NCBI GenBank assembly: GCA_013265495.1
Contig: MU057521.1
Span: 496,001 to 560,000, forward strand
Reading direction: 5' to 3'
DNA: 64,000 nt
From: Vicugna vicugna
Lineage: Eukaryota
Under the pieces are notes generated by a model. That model saw nothing but the letters and a program-made list of their open reading frames with translations. It had not been told where the DNA came from and ran no database searches. Shown one piece after another: positions 52,797 to 64,000 of the stretch. The position numbers and the translations under genes are program-made. Within the stretch, counting starts at the first letter, position 1. Each line of letters opens with the position of its first letter.

Positions 52797-53519
52797 GACT
52801 AGAGCTGACCTTACTGGCTCTGGGTGTCCAGTGGGCTGTGAGCAGTGGTCAGTACACTCAATGAAGGTGTTTTACCCAAGGTGCCCTTGAAAACAGCCCC
52901 AGGAAAACCTTATTAGCTAAGCTCTGGGGAATGAAGAGGGAAAACCCAAAAATAATGGGAAAGAAAAGAAATAATGGAGAAAATGAGAGAGAGTCAAAAC
53001 ACGGGGCTGTGTTAGTGCACTAGCCACAGCTTCAGAACCAACACAGCTGGCTGCTCAATCTCGCCAGTTGTCTCCACAAAGCCTATGAAACTACTCTTTC
53101 TTGAAATAGTCCTTGGTGAGGAAGAAGGGCAAGAAATACATCTGCTGGCTTCTTTGCTTCGTCTGTATCTTTCTGGCCGGCAGCAGGTCCGGCCTGTGTT
53201 GGCTCGCTCCTCTGCGCAGCTGCAGAGGTGGCCGGGGCGCCCTTGTGTATTTCCCGCCACTCTTCAGGGACAGCGGGTGCCTTTTTACACCACCTTAGCC
53301 TCTATCTTAAAAACCACGGCCACTTCTCATCCATACATGTAGCTATTCCCAAAACGTCATCTGCATTTTTTAAATTTATTTTTTCGGTGATGCCATCCAT
53401 TCTCAGGACTTCAAGCAACATTGCTTTTTGAATTTTTCAAATGACTATCTGTAGCCCTGGTCACTTTTCCAGCACAGTGGCTGCGGCAAGCCTCAGCACT
53501 TTGTCAGGCCCACCTCAGT

Positions 53520-54020
53520 TCTAAGGAAAACTACCCTTGATGTTTAGGAGGTTATATTATATATCACATGGTCCTGCCACCTCTGGTCACAGCTGATGGG
53601 ACGAAGGGTAGCAGCTGACCCAAAGCAATCAATCTGCAGGCTGGCAGTGGCCTATGCCTTATCCTGATGAGAAGAGATGAGATGATCAAGCAGATTCCTC
53701 CAAGGAATGTGAATATTATTTGCCCGGAAGCTGAGTGGTTGGCATCAGGTGTTGAAGCTGAAAGGATTCAAAGAGATAAAGTCAAGATTACATCAACTCC
53801 CAAAGCAAGCTGAAGGGATGAAGAGAAAGAAATGATGAGTAAGAAGAAAAAGCCTGGCAATGCACATAGGAAGGGAGAGCAGAAGTGCAGAGATGAGGAG
53901 AGCAGTCTGGAGCCCTTGGTCCAGTACCCATGAAGGCCAGTCTTCCCTGTCACCATATGTGACTATTATCTTTGATTCTCTGCGGTCACAGTTTCTATAC
54001 TAATCCAAGTGGCTTTCACT
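53520..54020 (+). mobile_element. ERVL/MaLR-type LTR remnant
   Basis: ctctggtcacagctgatggg...ctgacccaaagcaatcaatc...ggagcccttggtccagt...tgaaggccag. Confidence 0.45.
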
Positions 54021-54069
54021 CCTCTCCAGCAGGACGCCTATCAGAACGCAACATCCCCTGAATATAAAC

Positions 54070-54380
54070 TGCCTCTTGCTTTTGCCTAGATGCTTTCCTC
54101 TGCCAGTGATGTCTTCCACCAAAAACCAAATACCATCAATTGACAGTCTCCCCATTCTGCTTAATGACGCTCTCCTCATTGTATCAGCAGGAAGTAACTC
54201 CTCTCTTCCTCCCCTGTGTTTTCACAAAGCTTAGGTCTTAACAGGTTTGGGACTCTCAAACATATTTATAACTTATATTTCTTAAAAATTATAACATCCT
54301 TCAGGGCACAGACAAAATAGACACATTTTTGATCAGCATGGCGTCTCTCACACAATAGATTTTCAATTAACATTTGCTAA
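54070..54380 (-). mobile_element. L2 3' fragment
   Basis: tgcctagatgctttcc...tccttcagggcacagac...cacaatagattttcaattaacatttgct. Confidence 0.5.
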
Positions 54381-54469
54381 GTATTTTATTAATTATTCTA
54401 GTTCTTTTATATATTAATTATATGTCTTGATACATTTCTACTACTCTCCTATTTGAACATGATACTTAT

Positions 54470-54640
54470 AAGGCAACATTTAGCACTTTCAGCGTATTCT
54501 CTTATTTAGACCTTGTGATGTAAGTACTATGACTGTACCAGCCTCAATTGTTGGCAAGGAAAGGGAGGCACTAGGAGTTTAATACCCTGCACAAGGTATC
54601 ACAGGGGCACAGCATCTATCCCTGCAGCCACTATGCCATC
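54470..54640 (-). mobile_element. MIR SINE fragment
   Basis: accttgtgatgtaagtact...gggaggcactaggagttt...cacaaggtatcacag. Confidence 0.45.
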
Positions 54641-55239
54641 ATGCTAGGTCATAACCCAGGCCAAAATGAACAAAATGTGATCTTAGTTCACCCGAGGATT
54701 GGGGCCAGTGGGAAACAGGATACACAAGCTGAAATCAGATGAAATCTTTCAAACTTCAGCCTAAGTGCTAATAACCAAGGTCATACGTGCACGATGCAGA
54801 AAGCAAAGACAGATTAGAACGGGCCCTGAGTCATAACCTCCAGTTCAGCACACAGAGGCGAGGGCTGAGCCCCACTGACCAGCTGCCCTGAAATCCAATT
54901 TGTTTGGAGCTGGAGCAGCAGGAAACCATGTCTGAGCAGAAGAGATAACTGCAGTGTTTACTTTCCTCCTTGTCAATAAGAATCAGAATATTATATACAA
55001 ATTTCCAACACCTTTTCAGGTTTCTGTGGAAACAGTCCAGCCCAGGGAGGACTCAGGAGCAGCTGCGGACAACAGATCACCTGGCACAGGGCTGTGTGCA
55101 CAGAAATCTCTCCCACACCCACCCACCATGTCCACTCCATCTTGTAAGGGAGGATGATGCCCACACTGTTTTGACCCTGAGCTCGTCCTTCATTTTCTCC
55201 AAGTGCCTTACTGACAGTGCTGGAAACACCATCCAGCTG

Positions 55240-55660
55240 GTCAGAACTGTCATTCTTGGGGTCAATCATCACTCTGCCCCTTATCAGCTGTCTAATCTCA
55301 AGTGCACCATTCTGTCCTCTCTGGCACTCACTTTACACACCTGGAAAGTGGGGGTAATGATCATACTTCTTTTGGTTGGAAGGGGTGGATTTATACTAGT
55401 TAAATAATACATTTTGTAAAGCTCTTTTTTGGGATAGCAGAGGCTAATACGTGACAGCTATTTATTAAGGGTCTAAAATGTTCTAGCTAATTCTGGCTGT
55501 GTAAATTTGAGAAAACTCATTTAACCTCTCCAACTTAGATTATTTATGTGTAAAACAGAGATACTATCCACTGCTTATGGTGTAGGGAAGCATTAAATGA
55601 AACAACATAAGTAAAACAATATTACTTGTTATTTGGTAGGCACTCAATTAATGTTAACTG
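55240..55660 (+). mobile_element. Two MIR SINE fragments
   Basis: ctctgcccttatcagctg...gtgggggtaatgatcatac; ctgtgtaaatttgagaaaactcatttaacctctc...gtaggcactcaattaatgtt. Confidence 0.65.
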
Positions 55661-57055
55661 ACCCTAAATTATTCTATATATTTGCTCAGAGACAAGACCT
55701 CAATGAAATTAGTCCACAACTACCAATCCTCTTATAAGGCCTCCAGTTTCTCACAGAAAAGAACAGCATTTTGATTGAGTTTTCCTATTCTTGAGAAGCC
55801 TACCGAAACAATTACTATCATCTATGTCACAGGCTAGTTAAAAATGTTTTACAAATGTTTTGAGTCGCTTGAGTCATAACTCAGTGCTAGCAAAACTTTT
55901 TTACTACTAGTAAATCAAGTATTTATTTAGATGTTTACTCTTACGTATTCACTGCAAACAAAGAATTTAGAACAAAAACTTTGAAAGAGAAGAAACTGAA
56001 TAGTTAACAACTGGTGACTTGAAGAAGGGGAGAAAAAGGAGGTGTTTGCTCAAGAAGTGACACATCATTCTGCATAAAACTTCAGTTTGTCCTCAGAATA
56101 TAAGGAAAAGAATGATCACAGTATTAGATTTTTCAACTATGTTCGTATTTAAACAGGCCCCACAATGTCCAGTGATCTGCATTTAGACAAGTTCTGAATT
56201 TAGATAGGGGCCAGCATCTGGGCGGAAATGAACAATCATGAAACAGTAAATTATGTTTCCAAACTGCATAACCTCTGTTCTCTGGGGCTCCGGACGAAGA
56301 CAACGAGCAATTTCATGCCCATCAGATGCTCAAGACAATGGTAGTCTACCAGAAATCAGGAGACCAGCTATCTTGTCGAGTAAGCCCAGACCCAGAAATT
56401 TATAAATGAAGAAGAATAAAGATCAAGTCTCTGAAAAAAATTAAAGAATATCATAAAAATCTAAGTCATTGAAATAGTTACTAATTTTCAGCTCTCTCTA
56501 CAGGCACTTCAAGGTCATTAGAACAAAAGTTAAAATAATGAAACTACACCCTCAGCGTAAGTGCGTTCTATACTATCAGGCAGGACTGAAACATGGAAAC
56601 ACAGGTACCATGAGAGGAAGGGCATCTAAAACCCTACATAAAGGCCAGCAGGGAAGTTACGAGGGGAGGAGGAGACGGTAAGGTGGGAATTAACCACTAC
56701 GTTTTTTCTCAGTCTTAAAGGCTCTGGCCTCAAAGTTAAATTAATTAGAAGACATAAAAACATAAAAATGCTTTCTTTGTGTACCTAACACAGAGAGGCA
56801 AGATTAAAGCCTCCCGTGGGTCAGAAACAAAATCATTACAAACTGAATTTCTGAGCCATGGTGCCTCCTGTCTTCCCAGCACAGAACCTGGAGTCTCTGT
56901 CCACGTCTTTGGATTCTTTCTTTAATATTCTCTTCAGGTGGAGTGCTCCCTTTTTTTCACCTTGGCCTCTATGTACAAGCAGGAACTTGTTTCAAAATGC
57001 AGAGCCAATGACAATTTTTGCATTGGCAGATATGCAAGAAGCCATAACTCTGCAC

Positions 57056-57566
57056 TGATCAAAATGGCTTTAATGCTCCCCTCAGCTTGACTAAACCTTA
57101 GACAGGTTTCTTCCTGACTATGGGAAGAAAAGGGAATGACTCCCTTTTCTTAGACCATTTACTTTAAAAAAAAAATCTTGTAAATGCAAATTCTTTCTCT
57201 GCCCCTTTGAAATGTAGATAAATCTTTCCCCAGCCTCCTGCCAGTTGTATAACCCAGGAATTTCTTTTTTAAAGACGTAGGGGGCCAATCCTTTGAAATG
57301 TCATCATTAAGAGAGCACCACTATCTCCCAGTTTCTGTGGGAGGGGAGAAACCTAATCTGGACAAGAGAAATTAGCCAACACAGATGGGCTAATCCCACT
57401 GAACAAGCTCTCCTCTAATGTCCTCTAGTACTTTTCCAGTAGCTCACCTCAGAGTTTAAAAATCCTCTCACTTTTTGTTTCAGCAGAGTTGAGCTCAATC
57501 TCTCTCCCCTATTCCAACAGCCTTCCTTGCCTGTTTAACTCTGTCTAAGGCAGTTTTTCTTTGACA
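57056..57566 (+). mobile_element. ERV1 solo LTR (MER67/MER31 group)
   Basis: TG...CA termini (tgatcaaaatggctttaatgctcccctcagcttgactaaac ... tttctttgaca); 4-bp flanks gcac/gcat. Confidence 0.75.
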
Positions 57567-58509
57567 GCATACAGGATTTCTAATGAATTGTTCTGAGGTT
57601 TTCTGCCCTATGAGAAGAATTAAATAAAAGAAAAAAAATTTAAATATATATGCAATAATACATTTCATGCCAAATTTAAGAGACAAAATAATTACTTAAA
57701 TAAATATTGAGAAAAGTTACAATCATAGTGTAGCAGAGACGGTCAACTGTTTGTCAGAGAACAAAAGAGTGTCCTGTCTGGAAAACCAAGTGGGTAAAGA
57801 AATTTTAGAAAGATAGAGTGGTCAACAGGGTCACAAGTACAGAACCTTCCAATAAGATAAAGCAGAAGATGACTGCCAAGTGAGTTTTGTAAAACAGTTC
57901 CAACTAAGGGATGCCACTGAATATAAGGCAGAAGAGATCAGAAGGGAAAATGAGGAATTAGCCAACTTCTCAGAAAAACTACTGAATTAATAATAAAACA
58001 GCCTTTTTGTCCTGGGTCTCTAGTCTCTGAAAGATGGTGCCCAGAATACGAGCCTCATGTGGACAAGCACAGTACCTATTTCCACTTGTAGTATCTAATA
58101 ATCAAGGTGCAATACTTAGTACTCTGCCTTCCAAGCCAGTGGGCAAAGGACAGAGGCATCCAAACAACTGGTAGAAGAATTGAATGGGATGGAACTGGAC
58201 ACATACAGCACAGAACAGCTGCTTGAGCTCTCAGTGACATTCTGATAGATAACAAAGGGAGAAAGAAACCGCTTCACTCTGTTGCTCACAGTTGTTCCAC
58301 AAGAGAGACTGGTCTTCAGAGTGATATCACAGAACACACAGTGGCAAGAGGGAAGTGGAGCTATTTGGCGAAGAGCTTGTCAAAGAATAGCAGAAAGTCA
58401 AACTCCTCTCCCCGTGGAGACTCCCCATGGTGACTCTGCTACGGAGAGTGCAAACGAACATTCCTGAAAAGTCACGAAAAGGAAACGTTGTAGAGAACAT
58501 AAAGGTCTA

Positions 58510-59030
58510 ATTTAAAAATGAGCATACAAATGAATAAAGTTGCCTTTATAGTGGAGAAACTTGCTGAACACCACCTTAACTAGGAGATCAAATTAAAATT
58601 ACCAACATGGGACAAACAGACATCATTTGTCCCCTCCTGTTCTGCATGGAACAGAACACATTACCTATGTGGTATTTTTGCCAAAAATGTTTAACCAGAT
58701 TCTGATCACGAAGAAACAATCTGATGAATCCAAATTGAGAAACATTCTGAAAAACACCTGGATTGAACTCTTCAAAAATTTTCAGTATTGCAAAAGGCAG
58801 TGAAACTTCCAGATTAAAGGAGACTGAAGAGGCATGAGAACTAAATGCAACATGTCAGCCCTATCTGGATCCTGCTCTGAAGAACAGCACCATGATGATG
58901 GGAGAAGTTTGAGTATGAATCATATATTTGATAATATGTTAATGATAAATTTCTTGAGACTGATAAACATAGTACAGTTATAAAAATGTTCTTCTTTGTG
59001 ACTGTCTACCTCATTCTCAAACAGTTCCGT
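58510..59030 (+). mobile_element. L1ME/L1MC-type 3'UTR fragment
   Basis: tttatagtggagaaac...caccaccttaac...aatccaaattgagaaacattctg...gaactcttcaaaaat. Confidence 0.75.
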
Positions 59031-59149
59031 AAAAGTTATACATATGTATATTATAGAGCATAATCTTAAGATTCTATTTAAAAATTAGTTAGCAAGAGCT
59101 TAGAAAAAGAAATCATGTTTACTAGAAGCCAGCTGCATGTTTACTATAT

Positions 59150-59540
59150 TAAGTTAGACTGATTTTTGAAAGCTTAGAAGACAAGATATTTCAGAGGAAT
59201 GGAATAGTACTTCATTTTTTCTTTTCAAAATTCAAAAAAGGCAATTAATGTCTGTCTTGATATTATATAGACAGACTAAAAAAATGTGAATTGAATGGTC
59301 ATGTGGCAAAGTGAATTCAATCTTATCTGAATGAACATAACTCAGAGGGCTGACATCAGCCTGACGGGAGCTCTGTAATATTAAGATAAAAGATTCTAGC
59401 CATCAGTTGGATAAGAATATGAATGACACACTAACCAAATTTGTTAGCGACAATGGCAAATATTCTGAGTGACACAGACATGAATCCCAAGTATCTTGAT
59501 GAACTAAATGGATCAAAACCAACAACATGATATTTAATGG
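59150..59540 (+). mobile_element. L3/CR1 LINE fragment (5' part)
   Basis: ttggataagaatatgaatgacacactaaccaaatttgttagcgaca...aaaccaacaacatgatatttaa. Confidence 0.55.
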
Positions 59541-59559
59541 AAATTATCTGAACTCCCAT

Positions 59560-59995
59560 TATTACCAATTAGTTAATATATGCATTTTGAACATGTGCCA
59601 GGAACTAGGAACAGAAAGGTAAAAAGATCATAAGCTCTTAATCTTGTGTGAAAATTATACATTTAAAACATTTTTGAGTGAGATAAGTTCATAAAGGTGG
59701 AAGCACAGAGCCTTGAAAGTGTGTATTAAGGAGACCTAACATAAACAGAAAATCAGGAAAGGCTGCCCACCAGAGGAAATGTATACACAGAAAATCTTAA
59801 AGTGCTCTGGGAATAACCAATCAAATGGGAACACATCACAACAGAGGGGTGAGGGGAGCTGGAGCAGGAAAAAGAAGACTACACCAGCCTGGCAGAGGCG
59901 GAACCCATGAAAAGGCCCCAGGCAGATGTGGTCATGGCCTGGTAACCAGCTGAGAGAAGTCCACTGCAGTTAGAACAGACAGAGCAAGGGGGACA
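59560..59995 (+). mobile_element. L2 fragment nested in L3
   Basis: ttttgaacatgtgccaggaactagg...tcaggaaaggctgccc...ggcagaggcggaacccatgaaaaggccc. Confidence 0.55.
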
Positions 59996-60029
59996 GCCCC
60001 AAAGAAGTGTAGGGTGGAAGAGACAATCC

Positions 60030-60598
60030 TAACAGCACATGAGCTGAAGAGGGTTAGACTGAATTGACTCTAATTTCAATACGATTCTATAATGCAAGGT
60101 AGTCCTTCAACAAACACAACAATATCCAAGTCAAGGGTGGTGAGGTCCTGTCCTGTTCACTGCCAATCACAGCCAACTTTAAATTTGGGCTTGACAAATA
60201 AATTCAGAGCAATCTGTATGTGGAAGCCAATGGAAATCCTAACAAAGTGCTGAAAGAAGTGGAAACAGATCACCTAAAGAGAAGAGGAAGGAAGATTCCA
60301 GGAAGCATGATAACCGTCTTCAAATATCTGAAGAACTATCATGTGAAAGAGAAATAATATCTGGTATTAATAAATACCAAAAGTTAATAAATGGGGGTTG
60401 AAACAATGGTATGTTTAGTTCAGTCTTAGGAAGACTTTACTAATAGATCCTGGCTGGAGATGGAATGGCTGTCTGGGGAAATGCTGAATCTCCCAGAATA
60501 ACTGATAAATAGGCAAAAAATTTATAGAGAGAGTTCAAGTCCTTGAACTAGATAATTAATAGACCTTCTTCCAATCCTGATATTCCATAATTCTATGA
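60030..60598 (+). mobile_element. L3/CR1 LINE 3' end
   Basis: catgataaccgtcttcaaatatctgaagaactatcatgtg...ccttcttccaatcctgatattccataattctatga, a CR1-type tail. Confidence 0.7.
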
Positions 60599-60799
60599 CA
60601 GTGCCATTTCCAATAACTGGCAACATATTAAAGAGCTATTCAGAATATTCTAGTAGGAAGAATTTGAATAGGATCAAAGTGATGAATTTGTAAAAAATAA
60701 AACTTGTATCTGTACACAAAGTTAAGACTGAATCTTAAAAGTAACTTAAAAAAATAAAACCTCAAAATGTAGAATAAAGGCAAACCCATTTTTGAGATG

Positions 60800-61010
60800 A
60801 AGGCAGCCTAGTCATTAAGAACCTGGACTTTGGAGCAGATCTGTGTGGCCCTGGGAAAATTTCTCAGCCTTTATGTTTCTTAGTATCTTATCTATACAAT
60901 AAAGCTAACTTTTAAAAAAACACCTGGCTTAAAAGATTGGTTAGAGTTAACAAATTTCAAGTGCTCAGAACACTGTCTGGAACACAGTAAACCCTTCAAA
61001 AGTGTTTGAT
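60800..61010 (+). mobile_element. MIR SINE
   Basis: gttaagaacctggactttggag-like head, ctgtgtggccctgggaaaat, gtgctcagaacactgtctggaacacagtaa. Confidence 0.7.
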
Positions 61011-61039
61011 TTTTGTGACCAATCTTAATAATCAGATGA

Positions 61040-61140
61040 GAGATTCTAGAGTCAGACAAACTTGGATTAAACCATAATTCCATTCTTAACTAGTTCGGTG
61101 GCCTTTCCTTCTCTATAAAATGGGGACAAAAGTATCTACC
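61040..61140 (+). mobile_element. MIR SINE 5' part
   Basis: ttctagagtcagacaaacttggatt...ttccttctctataaaatggggacaaaagtatctacc. Confidence 0.6.
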
Positions 61141-61725
61141 AGTCCTTGTTCAGTTTCAAATATCAGAAATCATCCTGGCCAGCATATTCAGATGGAAATC
61201 TAGTGCAGAGAATTAGGAGTTTACAAGAGTTTGTGAGGAAGGGCTAAAGGAGCGTATTCCGGGCTGAGCTTTCGGAAGGGACACCACAAGGACAATGCCA
61301 CAACACTGGCCCTCCACAGGAGCTCCCGTCTCTGGCACAATTTGGAATCAAGAGAATCAGGAAGCCACTGTCCCAACTGCTAATTTCGTGCCCCAACTTC
61401 TGCGAGGATCTAGAAATCCAAAACTGCTACTGCAACCGCAGGCTGTCAGAATACACCCCAGGAAAATGGATGCCTACACCCTCCCTCTCTACATCCACCC
61501 TGTTATCACTGCTGCACAGCAAATGCCTCCACCATGACACCCGCAGAAGCAACAGCACGTGGACTTCACCTCCCATCTGGATTCCAAATAGCACGGAGGC
61601 ACAGCAGTTCACACACAAACCTGAGTTGTAAGGAAGTCTGAGAAATGTAGAATAACTTCTTAGCTATGGTAGTTATAAGGGAGAGAGAATGCAGATTAAA
61701 GAGCTAATCTGTGATATCTATCATC
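61141..61725 (-). mobile_element. Probable ERVL/MaLR LTR inserted in MIR
   Basis: Separates two MIR halves; tgtaaggaagtctgagaaatgtag motif and LTR-like composition. Confidence 0.4.
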
Positions 61726-61734
61726 CTATTTCTT

Positions 61735-61825
61735 ATCACTAGGATGAGAATTAAATAGGCTATAATATATACACACAGTGCTCAGCCCTGTGTTTGGCAG
61801 AGGTAATCACTCATAAGTTGACTTC
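61735..61825 (+). mobile_element. MIR SINE 3' part
   Basis: gatgagaattaaatagg...agtgctcagccctgtgtttggcagaggtaatcactcataagttg. Confidence 0.6.
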
Positions 61826-62343
61826 CATCATAAATGTGGCTGAGTAAGAACTACCTTCCCATTTCTCAGCCTAAAAGTCAAGGAAAAAAACCTCCAACAA
61901 CTTAAAACCCTATTTTCAGTAAAACTAAGAGAAATGTATAATCTACTGACTCATAAACATACATAAAGTTTCCCAAAATTAGCAGAAAGAAAACTAAAGC
62001 TACACAGGACATCAGGCAGAAAGGAAATGCTAAGAGTACTCACAGGGTCCAATGATATAAATCATATAAAGTATTGAAAAAAAAAACAACAACAAACTTC
62101 CTAAAAGTGAAACCTTATGCAGAAGCATCAAGGCTATATACCTGGTTTTTGAAAATGGGTGCAGCAGTGGAAGCGAGAAGGCTGACAGAATGAAGTCTCC
62201 TGGATGGGTTTCATTTTACTTTGAGAAACAGGGAGAAGGCCACCCCAATGATTCCCTTTCAAGAGCCATTGTGGTGGGAAGCCGCCCCTCTCTGTGATCA
62301 GAGCAGGAGAGACCCTTTGGAAGGCTATCGTGCACAGCCTCCT

Positions 62344-62345
<2 letters not shown>

Positions 62346-62377
<32 letters not shown>
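62346..62377. repeat. (CA)n microsatellite
   Basis: Uninterrupted acacacac run of about 16 units. Confidence 0.95.
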
Positions 62378-62381
<4 letters not shown>

Positions 62382-62389
62382 TCCTAAAC

Positions 62390-64000
62390 AAAAAGACAAT
62401 TCAAGAAAATTTAACTCATTCAATGAGTAATATAAAAGAAATTCCAACAGAATCAATATGAAAATACTGTAAGTAAAAAATGTGAGGGGAAAAAAGGTAA
62501 ATTTTACTGTTAGATAAAGAATACTTAACCAGAACATCTAGTCCCAAAAAAGCAGATAAAAATAATAAATAAATAATTTGACAAGAATTAAAAAGATAAT
62601 AACTCAACAAGGTAATCACCTGTGATGGGCTGAACTGCGTCTCCTCAGCCCAATTCATATCTAGAAGACCTAACCCCTAGTACCTAGTGTTGCTGTATCT
62701 GGAGATAAGATCTTTAAAGAGGTAAAGCTAAATGAAGTCACTCAGGTGGGTCCCAATCTAGTATGACTGGTGTCCTTATAAGGACACAGACAACACAGAG
62801 AAAAGACCACATGAAGACAGCAGTGGAAGATACCCATCTATAAGGCCAAGGGAAGAGGCCTCAGAAGAAGTCAACCCTACCGACACCTTGATCTCAGGTT
62901 TCTAATGTCAAGAAGTATGAGGAAATAAATGTCTATTGTTTAAGTCACTCAGTCTCTGGCACATTGTTATGACAATACTAGCAAACTAAAACATCACCTC
63001 TATGAAGAAAGATCACAAAGCAGAAATGCAAAACTCAGGTAAAAGATGGTGAGATAACAGAAGAAATTAAAATGTGAGCTGGTAGAACTCAGAACTCACT
63101 AAAAGGGAGGGGAAAAGGCATCAATGGAATAACCAAAAATCACTGAACAAATAGACCCCCTGGACAACACTGTTAGGGACACAAAGGACAGAAATAATAC
63201 AGTGACAAATGCAGATGAAATAAGGGAAAAGTTTAAAAGGGTTTGAGGGAAAATGATTATGAAAATTAGCCAAAGCAAATCCAAAATATGCATAATTGGA
63301 GATGTTAAAGAATAATACTGAAACAATTCAACAGAATAACTGTTTAAGCCCCCACTTCACGAAGAGCTGCCTGAACCTCCATACCGAAGGGCCGATCATG
63401 TACCTGTCAGTGTGGGTCACAACAAGACACATCCTGGTTAAGTCACTGGAGTATAAAGATAAAGACAGGAACTTCAGGCAGCCAGGCAAAAAGATTAAGT
63501 TATTTACAAAGGGGATAGTCACAAAGTGGTGGTCTCCAAATTCTCAACAGAAACATACAACATCAGAAGTGGGGCAACATGAAAAGACAGTCAAGAAAAG
63601 AAAGTGTAAGTCAAGGACTGAGTAAGTACACACTTGTGGAAGCTTCAGGTGCAAAGATACAGACAAACATTTGAACATGTAAGTGTGCAAGGAGCATGAT
63701 ACTCATAGTTTCTTTTTGAGCACTATGCTGGAAAATCAGCTTTAACCAACCAAGAAATACCTAGGGAAGAAAAAGTCAAAAAGACTGGCAATGGGAATTG
63801 AACATATTTAACTGTAAAACTAAGAATAAAACAAATGTGAATATAAAAGTAATAAAGGAAACTGAAAATATCGTATCTCCCCACAATGCAGGAATCATAC
63901 AACTATTTAGAGAAGAAAGAGGTTAAAAGATGGGATATACAGGAAGATTATTATTTCACCTATACAGTTAACAGTCAAAGGATTTCATTTGATAATATCA
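62390..64000 (+). mobile_element. Ancient L1 5' region with decayed ORF1, interrupted by MLT1B
   Basis: A-rich; ORF 63296-63625 contains TRHILVKSLEYKDKDR...FTKG, resembling the L1 ORF1p PRHIIVK...KDKE...YKG motif. Confidence 0.7.
62621..62993 (+). mobile_element. MLT1B (MLT1A/B group) MaLR solo LTR, full length
   Basis: tgtgatgggctgaactg...atgactggtgtccttataag...gcaaactaaaaca with perfect 5-bp TSD tcacc (62616-62620 / 62994-62998). Confidence 0.92.

Noticed and set aside
53012..53431. GC/CpG-richer patch with overlapping ORFs, possible exon or CpG island
   Set aside because: Too short for a CpG island, no recognisable peptide or splice pair, and part resembles an antisense L2 remnant.
1..64000. 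Protein-coding genes from the supplied six-frame ORF track
   Set aside because: All ORFs are short, many start at non-ATG codons or overlap repeats and microsatellites, and none resembles a protein I recognise except the L1 ORF1 remnant. This is the expected chance background.
1..64000. Prokaryotic-type systems (CRISPR array, operon, defence island), tRNA/rRNA genes
   Set aside because: The sequence is mammalian repeat-rich DNA. I saw no regularly spaced direct repeats, dense ORFs or RNA gene signatures.

Overview
Mammalian (eutherian) non-coding genomic DNA. It is AT-rich and CpG-depleted, with no CpG island, and densely covered by ancient interspersed repeats: L2, MIR, L3/CR1, old L1/HAL1, MaLR/ERVL/ERV1 solo LTRs and hAT-Charlie MITEs. 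Two young, 5'-truncated L1 3' ends resemble cetartiodactyl L1s, most like camelid ones as I recall them. I saw no Alu, B1/B2, BovA/BovB, PRE-1 or Can-SINE. No ORF in the supplied track looks like a real protein; the only protein-like signal is a decayed L1 ORF1 near 63.3-63.6 kb. The window is most plausibly part of a large intron or intergenic region. The + strand bias of L1s and a few minus-strand splice-site pairs (best: a 96-nt candidate exon at 21644-21739) hint weakly at a host gene on the minus strand that I cannot name. There is a 385-nt assembly gap at 51592-51976. I found no evidence of a novel biological system. The notable items are transposon-architecture oddities and candidate exons or regulatory sites. 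Repeat family names come from recalled consensus motifs, not from a search, and boundaries are approximate unless TSDs are given.
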